From Methylocystis sp. (GTDB lineage Bacteria > Pseudomonadota > Alphaproteobacteria > Rhizobiales > Beijerinckiaceae), in the NCBI RefSeq assembly GCF_021731785.1, contig NZ_JAKFWS010000004.1, forward strand, positions 9,706-73,705: 64,000 nucleotides of DNA, written 5' to 3'. Within the stretch, counting starts at the first letter, position 1. Every line of letters starts with the position of its first letter. Both the position numbers and the translations under genes were made by a program. Under the pieces are notes generated by a model. That model searched no databases. It saw nothing but the letters and a program-made list of their open reading frames with translations, and was not told where the DNA came from. Shown piece after piece: positions 1-10,382 of this stretch.

Positions 1-527
1 AGACGATTCTCAAAGAGCTCCACCGAATTCTGCTTCAGCTCGCGCAGCGAATGCAAAGCGATCGAGTGAACCGTCGCAAGCGTATTCTTGACGCGATGGT
101 TGAGTTCGTGGATTAGAAGCTGCAGTCGTTCGCGATCGCGTTCCTGTTCGGTGACGTCGGTGTTGGTGCCAAACCATCCGACGACCGCGCCGTTCTCGCG
201 CAACGGTTCGATGCGCGTCAGAAACGGCCGGTAAAGCCCGTCGGCGCCCCTGAGCGGAAAGATCATCTGGAAAAATTCGCCGTGCTGGATCGCATGCGTC
301 CAGCGCTCCAACATCTTCGGCAGAACATCTGGATGATGGACGGATTGCCATCCCCATCCCGCCATCTGCTCGGGCGTCGTGCCGGTATATTCATACCAAC
401 GATCATTATACCAGAAGACCCAGCCGTCCGGATGCGCCATCCAGGCGAGGTTCGGCATGGAGTTGGCGAGCGCCTTGAACTGCGCATAGGTGATGTCCGA
501 TTCACTTTCGCTCGCAAGCTGCGACAT
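1..527 (-). CDS. PAS-domain HWE-family sensor histidine kinase (3' end runs off the window)
   Basis: Not in the ORF track. Manual translation from ATG at 527: MSQLASESESDITYAQFKALANSMPNLAW...WYNDRWYEYTG...GWQSVHHPD (PAS_3-like)...GWFGTNTDVTE...IHELNHRVKNTLATV (HWE H-box). Open to position 1. Confidence 0.88.
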   Translation of the reverse strand, partial: MSQLASESESDITYAQFKALANSMPNLAWMAHPDGWVFWYNDRWYEYTGTTPEQMAGWGWQSVHHPDVLPKMLERWTHAIQHGEFFQMIFPLRGADGLYRPFLTRIEPLRENGAVVGWFGTNTDVTEQERDRERLQLLIHELNHRVKNTLATVHSIALHSLRELKQNSVELFENR

Positions 528-607
528 TGCTTAAACACGCCCTCGATCCCGCCCTAAGCGGCCGGACCGCTTGGAGCCTTGCTGTCTGCTTACGATATAG
601 GGCGGGC

Positions 608-1054
608 TTAGGCGCGGCGAAGACGCACGACGACATCTACGCGTGCGACGCGCAAGCCCTCGGGCGGCCGGGGAAGATCGGAGACCGACACACTCGCGCC
701 GGCGATGTCATACAACTCCCCATCGTCTTCGAGCAGGAAATGATGGTGGTCGGCCGTGTTGGTGTCGAAATACACCCGCGCCCCGTCGACGGCGATCTCC
801 CGAAGCAGGCCCGCCTGGGTGAACTGGTGGAGCGCATTATATACGGTCGCAAGCGAGACCGAGAGATTGGTCGCGAGGGCCTCTTCATAAAGCCGCTCCG
901 CGGTCACATGACGATCGTCGCCCTGACCGAACAGCAGTTCGCCCAGCGCCAGCCGCTGGCGCGTCGGCCGCAGCCCGGCGTCGGCCAGCAGCTCGGCGAC
1001 CGGCTTGCGCGGCGACGAGGCGGGCGGAGCGATCGGCGTTGGGTCAGCGTCCAT
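608..1054 (-). CDS. irr: Fur-family iron response regulator Irr
   Basis: GLRPTRQRLAL, HVTAE, SLATVYNALHQF and HHH motifs; divergent from fabA as is typical in Rhizobiales. Confidence 0.88.
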   Translation of the reverse strand: MDADPTPIAPPASSPRKPVAELLADAGLRPTRQRLALGELLFGQGDDRHVTAERLYEEALATNLSVSLATVYNALHQFTQAGLLREIAVDGARVYFDTNTADHHHFLLEDDGELYDIAGASVSVSDLPRPPEGLRVARVDVVVRLRRA

Positions 1055-1302
1055 TACGGCGGCTCGCGTCTTTCTACTCGCGGATTTCCTTTTGGCATCA
1101 TAGGGGGAATGGCGGGAAATTCAACGCCGCTCGGCTGTTGCGGCCGGTTCGCCGCGACGCTTTCGGCCCGGGCGAGGCTATGTTACGGATCGCTTCGCCC
1201 AAGCGCGGCGCCGCTGCCGGCGACGATAAAGATAAGGGCGCGCCTTAGGGCGCTCAGGGAGAATGGGCCTTTCAAAGGCTGCAACGCGAGGAACAAGGAA
1301 CG

Positions 1303-1827
1303 ATGGGCGAAAGGCGCTCCTCATTCGGCTACGAGGATTTACTGGCGTGCGGCGAAGAAAGGCTGTTCGGCCCCGGCAATGCGCAGCTGCCGCTGCCGCC
1401 GATGCTGATGTTCGACCGCATCACCGAGATTTTCGAAGAAGGCGGCGAGCACGGCAAGGGCTATATGCGCGCCGAACTCGACGTCAAGCCAAGCCTCTGG
1501 TTCTTCGACTGTCATTTTAAGGGCAATCCCGTAATGCCCGGCTGCCTTGGCCTCGACGCGTTGTGGCAGATGGTCGGCTTCTATCTTGCCTGGCTCGACA
1601 ATCCCGGGCGGGGCATGGCGCTGGGGGTCGGCGAGGTAAAATTCAGCGGCCAAGTGCGCCCCACCGTGAAGAAGGTGACCTACGGCATCGACTTCAAGCG
1701 CGTCTTCAAGGGTAAGCTTGTGCTCGGCATCGCTGATGGCTGGGTCGCGGCGGACGGCGAACGCATCTACGAGGCGAAGGATCTGAAGGTTGGACTCGCC
1801 AAGGCCGAAGCGCCGGCCGCCGCCTGA
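1303..1827 (+). CDS. fabA: 3-hydroxyacyl-ACP dehydratase/isomerase FabA
   Basis: [36 protein letters not shown]. Confidence 0.96.
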   Translation: MGERRSSFGYEDLLACGEERLFGPGNAQLPLPPMLMFDRITEIFEEGGEHGKGYMRAELDVKPSLWFFDCHFKGNPVMPGCLGLDALWQMVGFYLAWLDNPGRGMALGVGEVKFSGQVRPTVKKVTYGIDFKRVFKGKLVLGIADGWVAADGERIYEAKDLKVGLAKAEAPAAA

Positions 1828-1871
1828 AGCGCACAGAAAGGCGCGGGAAAGCGCCGCCAAGGAGTTGGACA

Positions 1872-3095
1872 ATGAGACGAGTCGTCGTCACCGGCATGGG
1901 CATTGTGTCGTCGATCGGCAACACAACCCAGGAAGTCGTCGCATCTTTGCGCGAGGCGAAGTCCGGCGTGGTTCGCGCCGAGAAATACGCCGAACTTGGC
2001 TTCCGCTCGCAGGTCCACGGACTGCCGTCGCTGGATCCGTCGACGATCGTCGACCGCCGCGCCATGCGCTTCCATGCGACCGGCACGGCCTGGAACCATG
2101 TCGCCATGGATCAGGCGATCACCGACGCCGGCCTGACCGAGGCGGAAATCTCCAATGAGCGCACCGGCATTATCATGGGGTCCGGCGGACCCTCGACCCA
2201 CACGCTTGTCGAAGCTGCGGACATCACCCGCACCAAAGGACCCAAGCGCGTCGGTCCCTTCGCCGTGCCGAAATGCATGTCGTCGACGGCCTCGGCGACC
2301 CTCGCCGTCTGGTTCAAGATCAAGGGCGTCAATTATTCGATCTCATCGGCCTGCGCCACGTCCAATCACTGCATCGGCAACGCCTACGAACTGATCCAGT
2401 ATGGCAAGCAGGACATGATCTTCGCGGGCGGCTGCGAGGAGTTGGAGTGGGAGCTCTCGGTCCTTTTCGACGCCATGGGCGCGATGTCATCCTCCTATAA
2501 TGATCGTCCGGCGACGGCCTCGCGCGCCTACGACAAGAATCGTGACGGATTCGTCATCGCCGGCGGCGCTGGCGTGCTGGTGCTGGAAGAGTTCGAACAC
2601 GCCAAGGCGCGCGGCGCAAAAATCTACGCCGAGGTCGCCGGCTATGGCGCGACATCGGACGGTTACGACATGGTGGCGCCGTCCGGCGAAGGCGCGGTGC
2701 GCTGCATGCGCCAGGCGCTTGCGACGGTGAAATGCCCGATCGACTACATCAATCCGCACGCCACCGCGACTCCGGTCGGCGACGCCAAGGAAATCGAAGC
2801 GCTGCGCGAAGTGTTCGGCGTCGGCGACAAATGTCCGCCGATCGCCGCGACAAAGTCCCTGACGGGACATTCGCTTGGCGCGACCGGCGTGCAGGAGGCG
2901 ATCTATTCCCTGTTGATGATGCAGAACGGCTTCATCTGCGAGAGCGCCAATATCGAGGAGCTCGACCCGGATTTCGCCGACATGCCGATCCTGCGCGAGC
3001 GGCGCGACAATGTGAAGCTCGGCGCGGTGTTGTCCAATTCCTTCGGCTTCGGCGGCACCAATGCGACATTGGCGTTCAAGCATCCCGACGCGTGA
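1872..3095 (+). CDS. fabB: beta-ketoacyl-ACP synthase I
   Basis: [16 protein letters not shown] (catalytic Cys), [18 protein letters not shown]. Confidence 0.95.
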   Translation: MRRVVVTGMGIVSSIGNTTQEVVASLREAKSGVVRAEKYAELGFRSQVHGLPSLDPSTIVDRRAMRFHATGTAWNHVAMDQAITDAGLTEAEISNERTGIIMGSGGPSTHTLVEAADITRTKGPKRVGPFAVPKCMSSTASATLAVWFKIKGVNYSISSACATSNHCIGNAYELIQYGKQDMIFAGGCEELEWELSVLFDAMGAMSSSYNDRPATASRAYDKNRDGFVIAGGAGVLVLEEFEHAKARGAKIYAEVAGYGATSDGYDMVAPSGEGAVRCMRQALATVKCPIDYINPHATATPVGDAKEIEALREVFGVGDKCPPIAATKSLTGHSLGATGVQEAIYSLLMMQNGFICESANIEELDPDFADMPILRERRDNVKLGAVLSNSFGFGGTNATLAFKHPDA

Positions 3096-3111
3096 CGCCG
3101 GACGCACAAGC

Positions 3112-3144
3112 ACGTCATGGCCGGGCTTGTCCCGGCCATGACGT
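3112..3144. repeat. REP-like palindrome (GTCATGGCCGGGCTTGTCCCGGCCATGAC family)
   Basis: Perfect 14-bp arms ACGTCATGGCCGGG / CCCGGCCATGACGT around a 5-nt loop in the fabB-fabI spacer. Confidence 0.75.
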
Positions 3145-3192
3145 TCGTAGCGATCCGCGTTTTTTTATCTCTCCTGGAATGACAATCACAAG

Positions 3193-4002
3193 ATGACAGT
3201 TTCAACCGGTCTCATGCAAGGTAAGCGCGGGCTCGTCATGGGCGTCGCCAATGATCATTCTATCGCCTACGGAATTGCCCGCGTTCTTGCGCGCCACGGC
3301 GCGACGCTCGCCTTCACCTATCAAGGCGAAGGTCTCGGCAAACGGGTCAAGCCGCTCGCTCAGGAGCTTGGGTCGAGTCTCGTTCTGCCTTGCGACGTCG
3401 AGGATATTTCGACCGTCGATGACGTCTTCGCCCGTCTCGAACATGAGTGGGGCGAAATGGACTTTCTGGTCCATTCCATCGCCTATTCCGACAAGAGCGA
3501 ATTAAAGGGGCTTTACGCCGAGACTTCGCGCGAGAATTTCATTCGCACGCTGGTGATTTCCTGTTTCTCCTTTACGGAAGCCGCGCAGCGCGCCGCCTCA
3601 CTCATGAAGAAGGGCGGGTCGCTGCTGACGGTGAGTTTCGGCGGCGGCACCCATGTCATGCCCAATTACAATGTGATGGGCGTGGCGAAAGCCGCGCTCG
3701 ATTCATCGGTGCGCTATCTTGCCGCCGATTTCGGCGCTCGCGGCGTTCGCGTCAACGCGCTCTCGCCAGGGCCGGTGCGCACCATGGCAGGCGCCGGGAT
3801 CACGGGCGCGCGCGCGATGGGCGCGTTCCAGAAGAAACATTGTCCATTGCGTCGAATGATCACGCTAGATGAAATCGGCGGCTCGGCGCTCTATTTCCTA
3901 TCGGAGCTTTCGGGCGGCGTCACCGGCGAAGTCCATCTCGTCGACGCCGGCTACAACATTATGTTGCAGCCGCGTCCGGAAGATCTCAACGGCGAGGAGT
4001 GA
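3193..4002 (+). CDS. fabI: enoyl-ACP reductase FabI
   Basis: GLVMGVANDHSIAYGIA, YNVMGVAKAAL, VNALSPGPVRT. Confidence 0.93.
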   Translation: MTVSTGLMQGKRGLVMGVANDHSIAYGIARVLARHGATLAFTYQGEGLGKRVKPLAQELGSSLVLPCDVEDISTVDDVFARLEHEWGEMDFLVHSIAYSDKSELKGLYAETSRENFIRTLVISCFSFTEAAQRAASLMKKGGSLLTVSFGGGTHVMPNYNVMGVAKAALDSSVRYLAADFGARGVRVNALSPGPVRTMAGAGITGARAMGAFQKKHCPLRRMITLDEIGGSALYFLSELSGGVTGEVHLVDAGYNIMLQPRPEDLNGEE

Positions 4003-4006
4003 GCGA

Positions 4007-4321
4007 ATGAGGTTTGCGTTGCCCTTGGCTCTGACCCTCATTGCGGCGCCGGCGATGGCGGCGAGCGCCGATCCGACGACCGGCGAGCAAATCGCCAAAA
4101 CCGAATGCGCGTCATGCCACGCGATCGGGACCAGCGCCGAGGCCAAGAGCCCCGATCCGAAAGCGCCGCGCTTCGTTGACGTGGCCAAGATGCCGTCGAC
4201 GACCGAATTGTCCCTCAAAGTGTTCCTGCGCTCGTCGCACCGGAACATGCCGAATTTCATTCTCGCGCGCGAAGAGATCGATTCGATTGCGAGCTATATT
4301 TTGGGGCTTGGCGGCAAATAG
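4007..4321 (+). CDS. small periplasmic monoheme c-type cytochrome
   Basis: ATG at 4007 inside the 3869..4321 ORF; signal peptide MRFALPLALTLIAAPAMA, CASCH heme motif, distal Met in HRNMP. Confidence 0.85.
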   Translation: MRFALPLALTLIAAPAMAASADPTTGEQIAKTECASCHAIGTSAEAKSPDPKAPRFVDVAKMPSTTELSLKVFLRSSHRNMPNFILAREEIDSIASYILGLGGK

Positions 4322-4346
4322 CCGCCAAGTCGAATGCGGGCGACTG

Positions 4347-4694
4347 CTACGCGGCCATCTTGCGTCCCGACATCCTGCGACATTCCTCGGCGCAGCGGCG
4401 ACACTCGTCGGCGCATTCCTTCATGTCCGGGATCGGATCGCATTCCTTGGCGCAGGTTTCGCAAGCTTCGGCGCAAAGCGCGCACATCTGCTTCGCTTGC
4501 GGCGAATTCATCAGCATCATATGCGCGCTGTCGCGGCACGTCTCGGCGCAGCCGATCATCGCCCGGAAATGTTTGGGCTTCACATGCTCGCCGCCCTGCT
4601 CAAGGCAATGGGTCATCGCCATGCCGAAACACATCTGATAGCAGCTCAAGCAGGCGTCGATGCAGGCCTGCATTTCCTTCGAGATCATGTGCAT
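4347..4694 (-). CDS. Cys-rich four-helix-bundle copper storage protein (Csp3/DUF326-like)
   Basis: 115 aa with 16 Cys in CxxxC/CxxC helical spacing; no export signal. Confidence 0.82.
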   Translation of the reverse strand: MHMISKEMQACIDACLSCYQMCFGMAMTHCLEQGGEHVKPKHFRAMIGCAETCRDSAHMMLMNSPQAKQMCALCAEACETCAKECDPIPDMKECADECRRCAEECRRMSGRKMAA

Positions 4695-5014
4695 GATGGG
4701 TTCCTTTGGGTTTCCTGTTGAAGGGTTTCCGGCTCACGCCGCCTCGCTCGCAGGCAGCTAGATCGCGCGCCTCGCAGGTCAAGGTTTTGCCGGTCGAAAG
4801 GCGGTGGGGCTTGACGTTGACGCGCGCTGCGCCAAGCTCTTAGGAAGCTCGAACGTCTCCGTCTCGCGCTCCAGTCATCGCCATGACATGATTGAGGGAT
4901 TGAAACGAACGAGGCGTGAAGCGATGAGAAAAACGAACGTCAAACGAAGTGATGATTGCGAGGACTGTCCATTGAACGCTCCAAGAACCTGGCGGCGGCC
5001 GGCGCGGGGGCAGC

Positions 5015-6088
5015 GTGACTCAGCAGGATAACGAACTGGTGCAAGCGGCTGCGCCGGGACTGCCAGTTGTGAGGGCACGAGAAAGCGCTGGATATTTTGA
5101 GTCGCTTCGCGACCGGCTGCCCAAAGGGGCATTGAGCGCGCTCGGCGTCGCGGCCAGTCTCGCGGTCTTTGCGCTCGCCGCTTACATTCTCGGAAAGACG
5201 CTTTCGAACCTGAGCTACGCCGATCTGCTGAACGCCTTTCGTGCGACGAGCGCCACGCAAATTCTCGCCGCGCTGGCGCTCTCCACGCTCTCTTATCTCT
5301 TCCTGACGGGCTATGACGTCGTCGCTCTCCGTCACCTGCGCGCCCACGCGCCTTACAGAGTGGCCGCGCTCGCGTCTTTTGCGAGCTACGCCATTTCTTT
5401 CAATCTCGGATTTCCCGTCATCACCAGTGCGGCCGTCCGCTATTGGATCTATTCGCGCGTGGCGCTGAGCGCGCTGCAGGTCGCCAACATCACTGTGTTC
5501 GCCGGAGTCACCTTCTGGCTCGGCATGACGCTGATGATGGGCGGAGGCTTCGTTTATGGTGCGAGCGCTCTCGCCGCGATCGACGGAGCGCCCCCCATCC
5601 TTCACATCATTGTGGGCGTGTTGATCCTCTCCGGCGTGCTGTTCTATTTCGGCTGGGTGACTGTCGAGCGCCGCAGCATCAAGCTTCGCGGGCACTCTCT
5701 TGATCTGCCGGGCTTCGTCCCGACTGCGGCGCAGTTCGCGCTCGGCGTCGCTGATCTATGCTGCGCCTCGGGCGCGCTTTATGTGCTGCTTCCCGCGGGC
5801 GTTCCGCTGGACTTCGTGCCATTCGTGGCGGTCTATGTCGTCGCCTGCATTCTCGGCGTGATCAGCCATGCGCCGGGAGGCATCGGCGTCTTTGAAGCGA
5901 CCATGCTGCACGCCATTCCTGCCGCTTCGCAGGAAAGCGTTCTGGCGTCGCTGCTGCTGTTTCGCATGGTCTATTATTTCATCCCGTTCGTCGTCGCGCT
6001 CGCGCTTCTGGGCGCTGACGAAGGCGCGCGCCGCTGGACGACCTTGCGCGAGGCGATCGCGCGTATTCTGGAGGAGCGCTCGAATTGA
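5015..6088 (+). CDS. lysylphosphatidylglycerol synthase TM-domain (UPF0104/MprF N-terminal-like) membrane protein
   Basis: Multiple TM helices; GYDVVAL, SAAVRYWIYS, SHAPGGIGVFEA and LLLFRMVYYFIP motifs; GTG start. Confidence 0.8.
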   Translation: MTQQDNELVQAAAPGLPVVRARESAGYFESLRDRLPKGALSALGVAASLAVFALAAYILGKTLSNLSYADLLNAFRATSATQILAALALSTLSYLFLTGYDVVALRHLRAHAPYRVAALASFASYAISFNLGFPVITSAAVRYWIYSRVALSALQVANITVFAGVTFWLGMTLMMGGGFVYGASALAAIDGAPPILHIIVGVLILSGVLFYFGWVTVERRSIKLRGHSLDLPGFVPTAAQFALGVADLCCASGALYVLLPAGVPLDFVPFVAVYVVACILGVISHAPGGIGVFEATMLHAIPAASQESVLASLLLFRMVYYFIPFVVALALLGADEGARRWTTLREAIARILEERSN

Positions 6089-7182
6089 CCGGTGCCGGGC
6101 CAGTCGCCATGACCCTATTGGTTCAGCAACGCAGATGGCGCGATCAGGCGATGGCTCTCCTGGCGCCGGTGATCAATGCGCTTCCGGAACCGATTTTCGT
6201 CATCGACTCGGAAACGCATGTCGTCGCGGTAAACGCGGCGGCGCAGAGTCTCTCGCCCGCGATTCGGCTGAATGAACCGCTTTCCCGCGGTCTTCGCTCT
6301 CCCGACATGCTCGACGCCGTCGCCCGCGTTCTCGGCGGCGGCGAGGCCGAGAAGACCGTCTGGGTCGAGCGCCTGCCGGTGGAATGCTGGTTCGAGGCCC
6401 ATATCGCGCCGATGCAGATCGAAGGCTTCGAGCCCGCCGCCATGGTGAGCCTGCGCGATCTCACCGAATCCCGGCGCGTCGAGCGCATGCGCGTCGACTT
6501 CGTGGCGAACGCCAGCCATGAGCTGCGCACGCCTCTCGCCTCGCTGCTCGGATTTGTCGAGACGCTGCAAGGACCAGCGCGCGAGGACAGCGAAACGCGC
6601 GACAAATTCCTCGCCATCATGCGCGAGCAGGCGCAGCGAATGGCGCGGCTGGTCGACGATCTTCTGTCGCTGTCGCGCATCGAGCAGCACATGCATCTTC
6701 GGCCCGCGACGCCTGTCGATCTGACGCTGCTCGTCGCCCATATCGTCGATACGCTGTCGCAAATGGCCGAGGACAGGGGCGTCGCCATCAATCTCGATCT
6801 GCAACCGAACGTGATTGCGCCGGGCGATCGTGACGAACTTGCCCGCGTCATCGAGAATCTCGTCGAAAACGCCTTGAAATATGGATGCGCCGAGACCGGC
6901 GCCTGCAAACCCATCGACATTTCGCTCGTCCGCAAGGGCGCGCTCGTGGTTCTGTCGGTGCGCGACTACGGCGCCGGAGTCGCGCCGGAGCATATTCCGC
7001 GCCTGACGGAGCGCTTCTATCGCGTCGATGCGGGCAAGAGCCGCGCCAAGGGCGGCACCGGATTGGGGCTCGCCATCGTCAAGCATATCGTGCTGCGCCA
7101 TCGCGGTCGGCTCGCGATCGAGTCCGCTCTCGGCGAAGGAACGCTGTTTCGCGTCATTCTGCCGGGAAGCGAGGCGACGTGA
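6085..7182 (+). CDS. phoR: phosphate regulon sensor kinase PhoR
   Basis: PAS region, DFVANASHELRTPL H-box, NLVENALKY, DYGAG, GGTGLGLAIVKH; upstream of pst. Start TTG 6085 or ATG 6109. Confidence 0.92.
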   Translation: MTGAGPVAMTLLVQQRRWRDQAMALLAPVINALPEPIFVIDSETHVVAVNAAAQSLSPAIRLNEPLSRGLRSPDMLDAVARVLGGGEAEKTVWVERLPVECWFEAHIAPMQIEGFEPAAMVSLRDLTESRRVERMRVDFVANASHELRTPLASLLGFVETLQGPAREDSETRDKFLAIMREQAQRMARLVDDLLSLSRIEQHMHLRPATPVDLTLLVAHIVDTLSQMAEDRGVAINLDLQPNVIAPGDRDELARVIENLVENALKYGCAETGACKPIDISLVRKGALVVLSVRDYGAGVAPEHIPRLTERFYRVDAGKSRAKGGTGLGLAIVKHIVLRHRGRLAIESALGEGTLFRVILPGSEAT

Positions 7183-7216
7183 ATTCATTTAAGCATATGA
7201 TATTTTAGTAACATCA

Positions 7217-7245
7217 TTGTCATACGACTGTAATCTTATTGTCAC
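7217..7245 (+). promoter_or_regulatory. Pho box (three heptamers at 11-bp period) upstream of pstS
   Basis: TTGTCAT-acga-CTGTAAT-ctta-TTGTCAC, matching the CTGTCAT-N4 repeat bound by PhoB. Confidence 0.85.
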
Positions 7246-7333
7246 AAAAACCTATTGTCGGACCGATAGGTTCTCGCACGCGATGACGCGGGGGCGCATC
7301 GCAAATCCGTTCTCGAGCAAAAGAGACCTTCAA

Positions 7334-8377
7334 ATGATCTCGACGATTTTCAAGCGCGGCGCTGGCGCAGCGCTGGCTCTCGCCGTCATGGCTGGGGCGG
7401 CAAGCGCGCTGGACATTTCCGGCGCCGGCGCCACCTTCCCCTATCCGATCTACGCCAAATGGGCCGAGGCATATAAGAAAGAGACCGGCAACGGGCTGAA
7501 CTACCAGTCGATCGGTTCGGGCGGCGGCATCAAGCAGATCAAGGCGCGCACGGTCACTTTCGGCGCTTCCGACCAGCCGCTCAAGGCTGACGACCTCCAG
7601 TCTGCCGGCCTTAGTCAGTGGCCCCAGGTGATCGGCGGCATCGTGCCGGTGGTCAATTTGGAAGGCGTGAAGGGCGGCGAGCTTACGCTCGACGGCGATA
7701 CGCTCGCCAAGATTTTCCTTGGCGAAATCACCAAATGGGACGACGCGCCGATCAAGAAGCTCAACCCGAAGGCGAAGCTGACGTCGGCGCCGATCGTCGT
7801 GGTCCATCGTTCGGACGGATCGGGCACGACCTTCAACTTCACCAATTATCTGTCGAAGGTTTCGCCGGACTGGAAGTCGAAAGTCGGCGAGAACGCCTCG
7901 GTCGAGTGGCCGGTCGGCATCGGCGCGAAGGGCAATGAAGGCGTCGCTAACAACGTCGCCAACACCAAGGGCGCGATCGGCTACGTCGAATACGCCTACG
8001 CCAAGCAAAATCAGCTGACCTTTACGAAGATGTTGAACAAGGACGGCAAGGTGGTCGCGCCGAACATGGAGTCCTTCCAGGCGGCAGCGGCCGGCGCCGA
8101 CTGGGCCCACGCCAATGGATTCTATGAAATCCTGACCAATGAGCCGGGCGCAAAAGCCTGGCCGATTACGGCGGCGACCTTTATCCTGCTTCCCAAGGAG
8201 CCAAAGGACGACGCCGCTGCGGCCGAGGCGCTCAAATTCTTCTCCTGGGCTTTCGCGCATGGCGGCAAAATGGCCGAAGAGCTCGACTACATTCCGATGC
8301 CGAAAGCCGTCGTCGAACTCGTGAAGAAGAGCTGGGTCGATATCAAAGCGACCGATGGCAAGCCGCTGTCTCACTGA
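7334..8377 (+). CDS. pstS: phosphate ABC transporter substrate-binding protein
   Basis: Signal peptide, then [37 protein letters not shown] 7334 preferred over 7217, which lies in the Pho box. Confidence 0.95.
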   Translation: MISTIFKRGAGAALALAVMAGAASALDISGAGATFPYPIYAKWAEAYKKETGNGLNYQSIGSGGGIKQIKARTVTFGASDQPLKADDLQSAGLSQWPQVIGGIVPVVNLEGVKGGELTLDGDTLAKIFLGEITKWDDAPIKKLNPKAKLTSAPIVVVHRSDGSGTTFNFTNYLSKVSPDWKSKVGENASVEWPVGIGAKGNEGVANNVANTKGAIGYVEYAYAKQNQLTFTKMLNKDGKVVAPNMESFQAAAAGADWAHANGFYEILTNEPGAKAWPITAATFILLPKEPKDDAAAAEALKFFSWAFAHGGKMAEELDYIPMPKAVVELVKKSWVDIKATDGKPLSH

Positions 8378-8538
8378 CTCGGCATGATCCGCGCGCTTAA
8401 AAATCTCGACGGCCGCTCGCGGCGGCCGTCGGCGGAAATTGGGCCGCCATCGCAGAGGCGGCGGGAGTTGAGCGGATGTTCTCGATCGAGCCGAGCCGGC
8501 GAAGCGCGAACGGAGCCGGCGGGGAGGCGGGTTCGGAA

Positions 8539-9528
8539 ATGTCGGAAGTAGTCTTGCAGCAGGCGGCGGCGCAGTCAGCTGTCGCCGATCGATCGCGCGC
8601 CCTCGGCAGGATGGCGCTTGTCGACCGGATTTTCCGCGAGGCGACGCGCGCCGCGGCCGTGATCGTTCTGGTGATCCTCGGCGGCGTCATCGTTTCGCTC
8701 GTCTACGGCTCGTGGCCGGCGATCAGGGCCTTCGGTTTTGGCTTCTTCGTCTCGCAGTCGTGGAATCCGGTCACCGAGAATTTCGGCGCGCTTCCGGCGA
8801 TCTACGGCACGATCATGACCTCGACCATCGCCATGCTGATCGCCGTTCCCGTTGGACTCGGCATTGCGGTCTTCCTCACCGAGCTTTGCCCCTATGTTCT
8901 GCGCCGGCCGATCGGCACGGCGATCGAACTTCTGGCCGGCATCCCGTCGATCATCTACGGTATTTGGGGCCTCTTCGTGCTGGCCCCGTTTCTCCAGTCG
9001 CATGTGCAGCCGGCGCTGATTGCGGCCTTCGGCGACATTCCGGTGTTCTCGACGCTCTTCGCGGGCCCGCCTTACGGCATCGGCATGCTGACGGCGGGCT
9101 TCATTCTCGCGATCATGGTGCTGCCCTTCGTCGCTTCGATCTCCCGCGACGTTTTCGAGACGGTCCCACCGGTGTTGAAGGAAGCTGCGACCGGAATCGG
9201 CTGCACGACTTGGGAAGTGATGCGCTATGTCGTAATGCCGTATACGCGCGTCGGCGTGATCGGCGGCGTCATGCTCGGGCTCGGTCGAGCGCTTGGCGAA
9301 ACGATGGCGGTCACTTTCGTCATCGGCAACGCGCATAAGATTTCCGGGTCTCTGCTCGCGCCCGGAACGACGATTTCGGCGACCATCGCCAATGAATTCA
9401 CCGAGGCGGTCGGCGATCTCTATACGTCGGCGCTGATCGAACTGGGACTCATCCTCTTCCTCATCACCTTCATCGTCCTTGCGATCGCGCGGTATATGCT
9501 CATGCGCATCGAGCAGAGATCAGCGTAA
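8539..9528 (+). CDS. pstC: phosphate ABC transporter permease PstC
   Basis: [24 protein letters not shown]; start could be 8476. Confidence 0.93.
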   Translation: MSEVVLQQAAAQSAVADRSRALGRMALVDRIFREATRAAAVIVLVILGGVIVSLVYGSWPAIRAFGFGFFVSQSWNPVTENFGALPAIYGTIMTSTIAMLIAVPVGLGIAVFLTELCPYVLRRPIGTAIELLAGIPSIIYGIWGLFVLAPFLQSHVQPALIAAFGDIPVFSTLFAGPPYGIGMLTAGFILAIMVLPFVASISRDVFETVPPVLKEAATGIGCTTWEVMRYVVMPYTRVGVIGGVMLGLGRALGETMAVTFVIGNAHKISGSLLAPGTTISATIANEFTEAVGDLYTSALIELGLILFLITFIVLAIARYMLMRIEQRSA

Positions 9529-9539
9529 GGGAAACCCTC

Positions 9540-10382
9540 ATGTCGCTTTACGCAACTCGACGTAGCGCCAATTCGATCGCGACGACGCTCTGCTGGGTCG
9601 CGGCCATATTTGGACTGGCGTGGCTGTTCGTGATCCTCATTGCGCTTCTTTACGAAGGCCTGCGAGGACTCTCTCCCGCGGTCTTCACCGAGATGACGCC
9701 GCCCCCCGGCAGCGCCGGCGGATTGCTCAACGCCATTGCCGGCTCGCTCATCATGACCTTAATCGGCGTCGCGGTCGGCACGCCGCTCGGCATGCTGGCC
9801 GGAACCTACATGGCCGAATACGGCCGTCACTCGAAACTCACGATGATCGTGCGCTTCATCAACGACATTCTGCTTAGCGCGCCGTCGATCGTCGTCGGCC
9901 TGTTCGTTTACACGATGCTCGTGCATCCGATGGGCCACTTTTCGGCGATTTCGGGCGCGGTGGCCCTTGCGCTGCTCGTTGTTCCCGTCGTCGTGCGAAC
10001 GACGGAGGACATGCTGCTGCTCGTGCCGGGATCGATGCGAGAGGCGGCTTCGGCGCTTGGCGCGCCTCGTGCTCATGTCGTCGGCAAGGTCGCCTATCGC
10101 GCCGCCAAGGCAGGGCTGATCACCGGCGTGCTGCTGGCCGTGGCGCGAGTCTCGGGCGAGACGGCGCCGCTTCTTTTCACAGCGCTCAATAACCAATTCT
10201 GGAGCACCGATCTTAGCGCGCCGATGGCGAGCCTGCCGGTGGTCATCTTCCAGTTCGCGCTGTCGCCTTACAAGGACTGGCAGCAACTCGCCTGGACAGG
10301 CGCGCTGCTGATTACCGTCGCAGTTCTCGCCCTGTCGATCGCCGCGCGCATGTTGAGCGCCGGCCGGAGGAAATCGAAATGA
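9540..10382 (+). CDS. pstA: phosphate ABC transporter permease PstA
   Basis: [25 protein letters not shown]. Confidence 0.94.
   Translation: MSLYATRRSANSIATTLCWVAAIFGLAWLFVILIALLYEGLRGLSPAVFTEMTPPPGSAGGLLNAIAGSLIMTLIGVAVGTPLGMLAGTYMAEYGRHSKLTMIVRFINDILLSAPSIVVGLFVYTMLVHPMGHFSAISGAVALALLVVPVVVRTTEDMLLLVPGSMREAASALGAPRAHVVGKVAYRAAKAGLITGVLLAVARVSGETAPLLFTALNNQFWSTDLSAPMASLPVVIFQFALSPYKDWQQLAWTGALLITVAVLALSIAARMLSAGRRKSK

Noticed and set aside
10-557. ORF-track entries 10..357, 263..538 and 282..557
   Set aside because: Shadow frames of the PAS-HWE kinase, which is open from 527 to the window edge.
4804-5031. 75-aa ORF with a CEDC motif next to the copper-storage gene, plus three AAACGAA motifs
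   Set aside because: No convincing RBS or family motif, and it overlaps the next gene start; the motifs are too short to distinguish from chance.
9155-9163. TTCGAGACG matches in pstC and hemE (51482)
   Set aside because: Isolated 9-mers encoding F-E-T with no terminal repeats.
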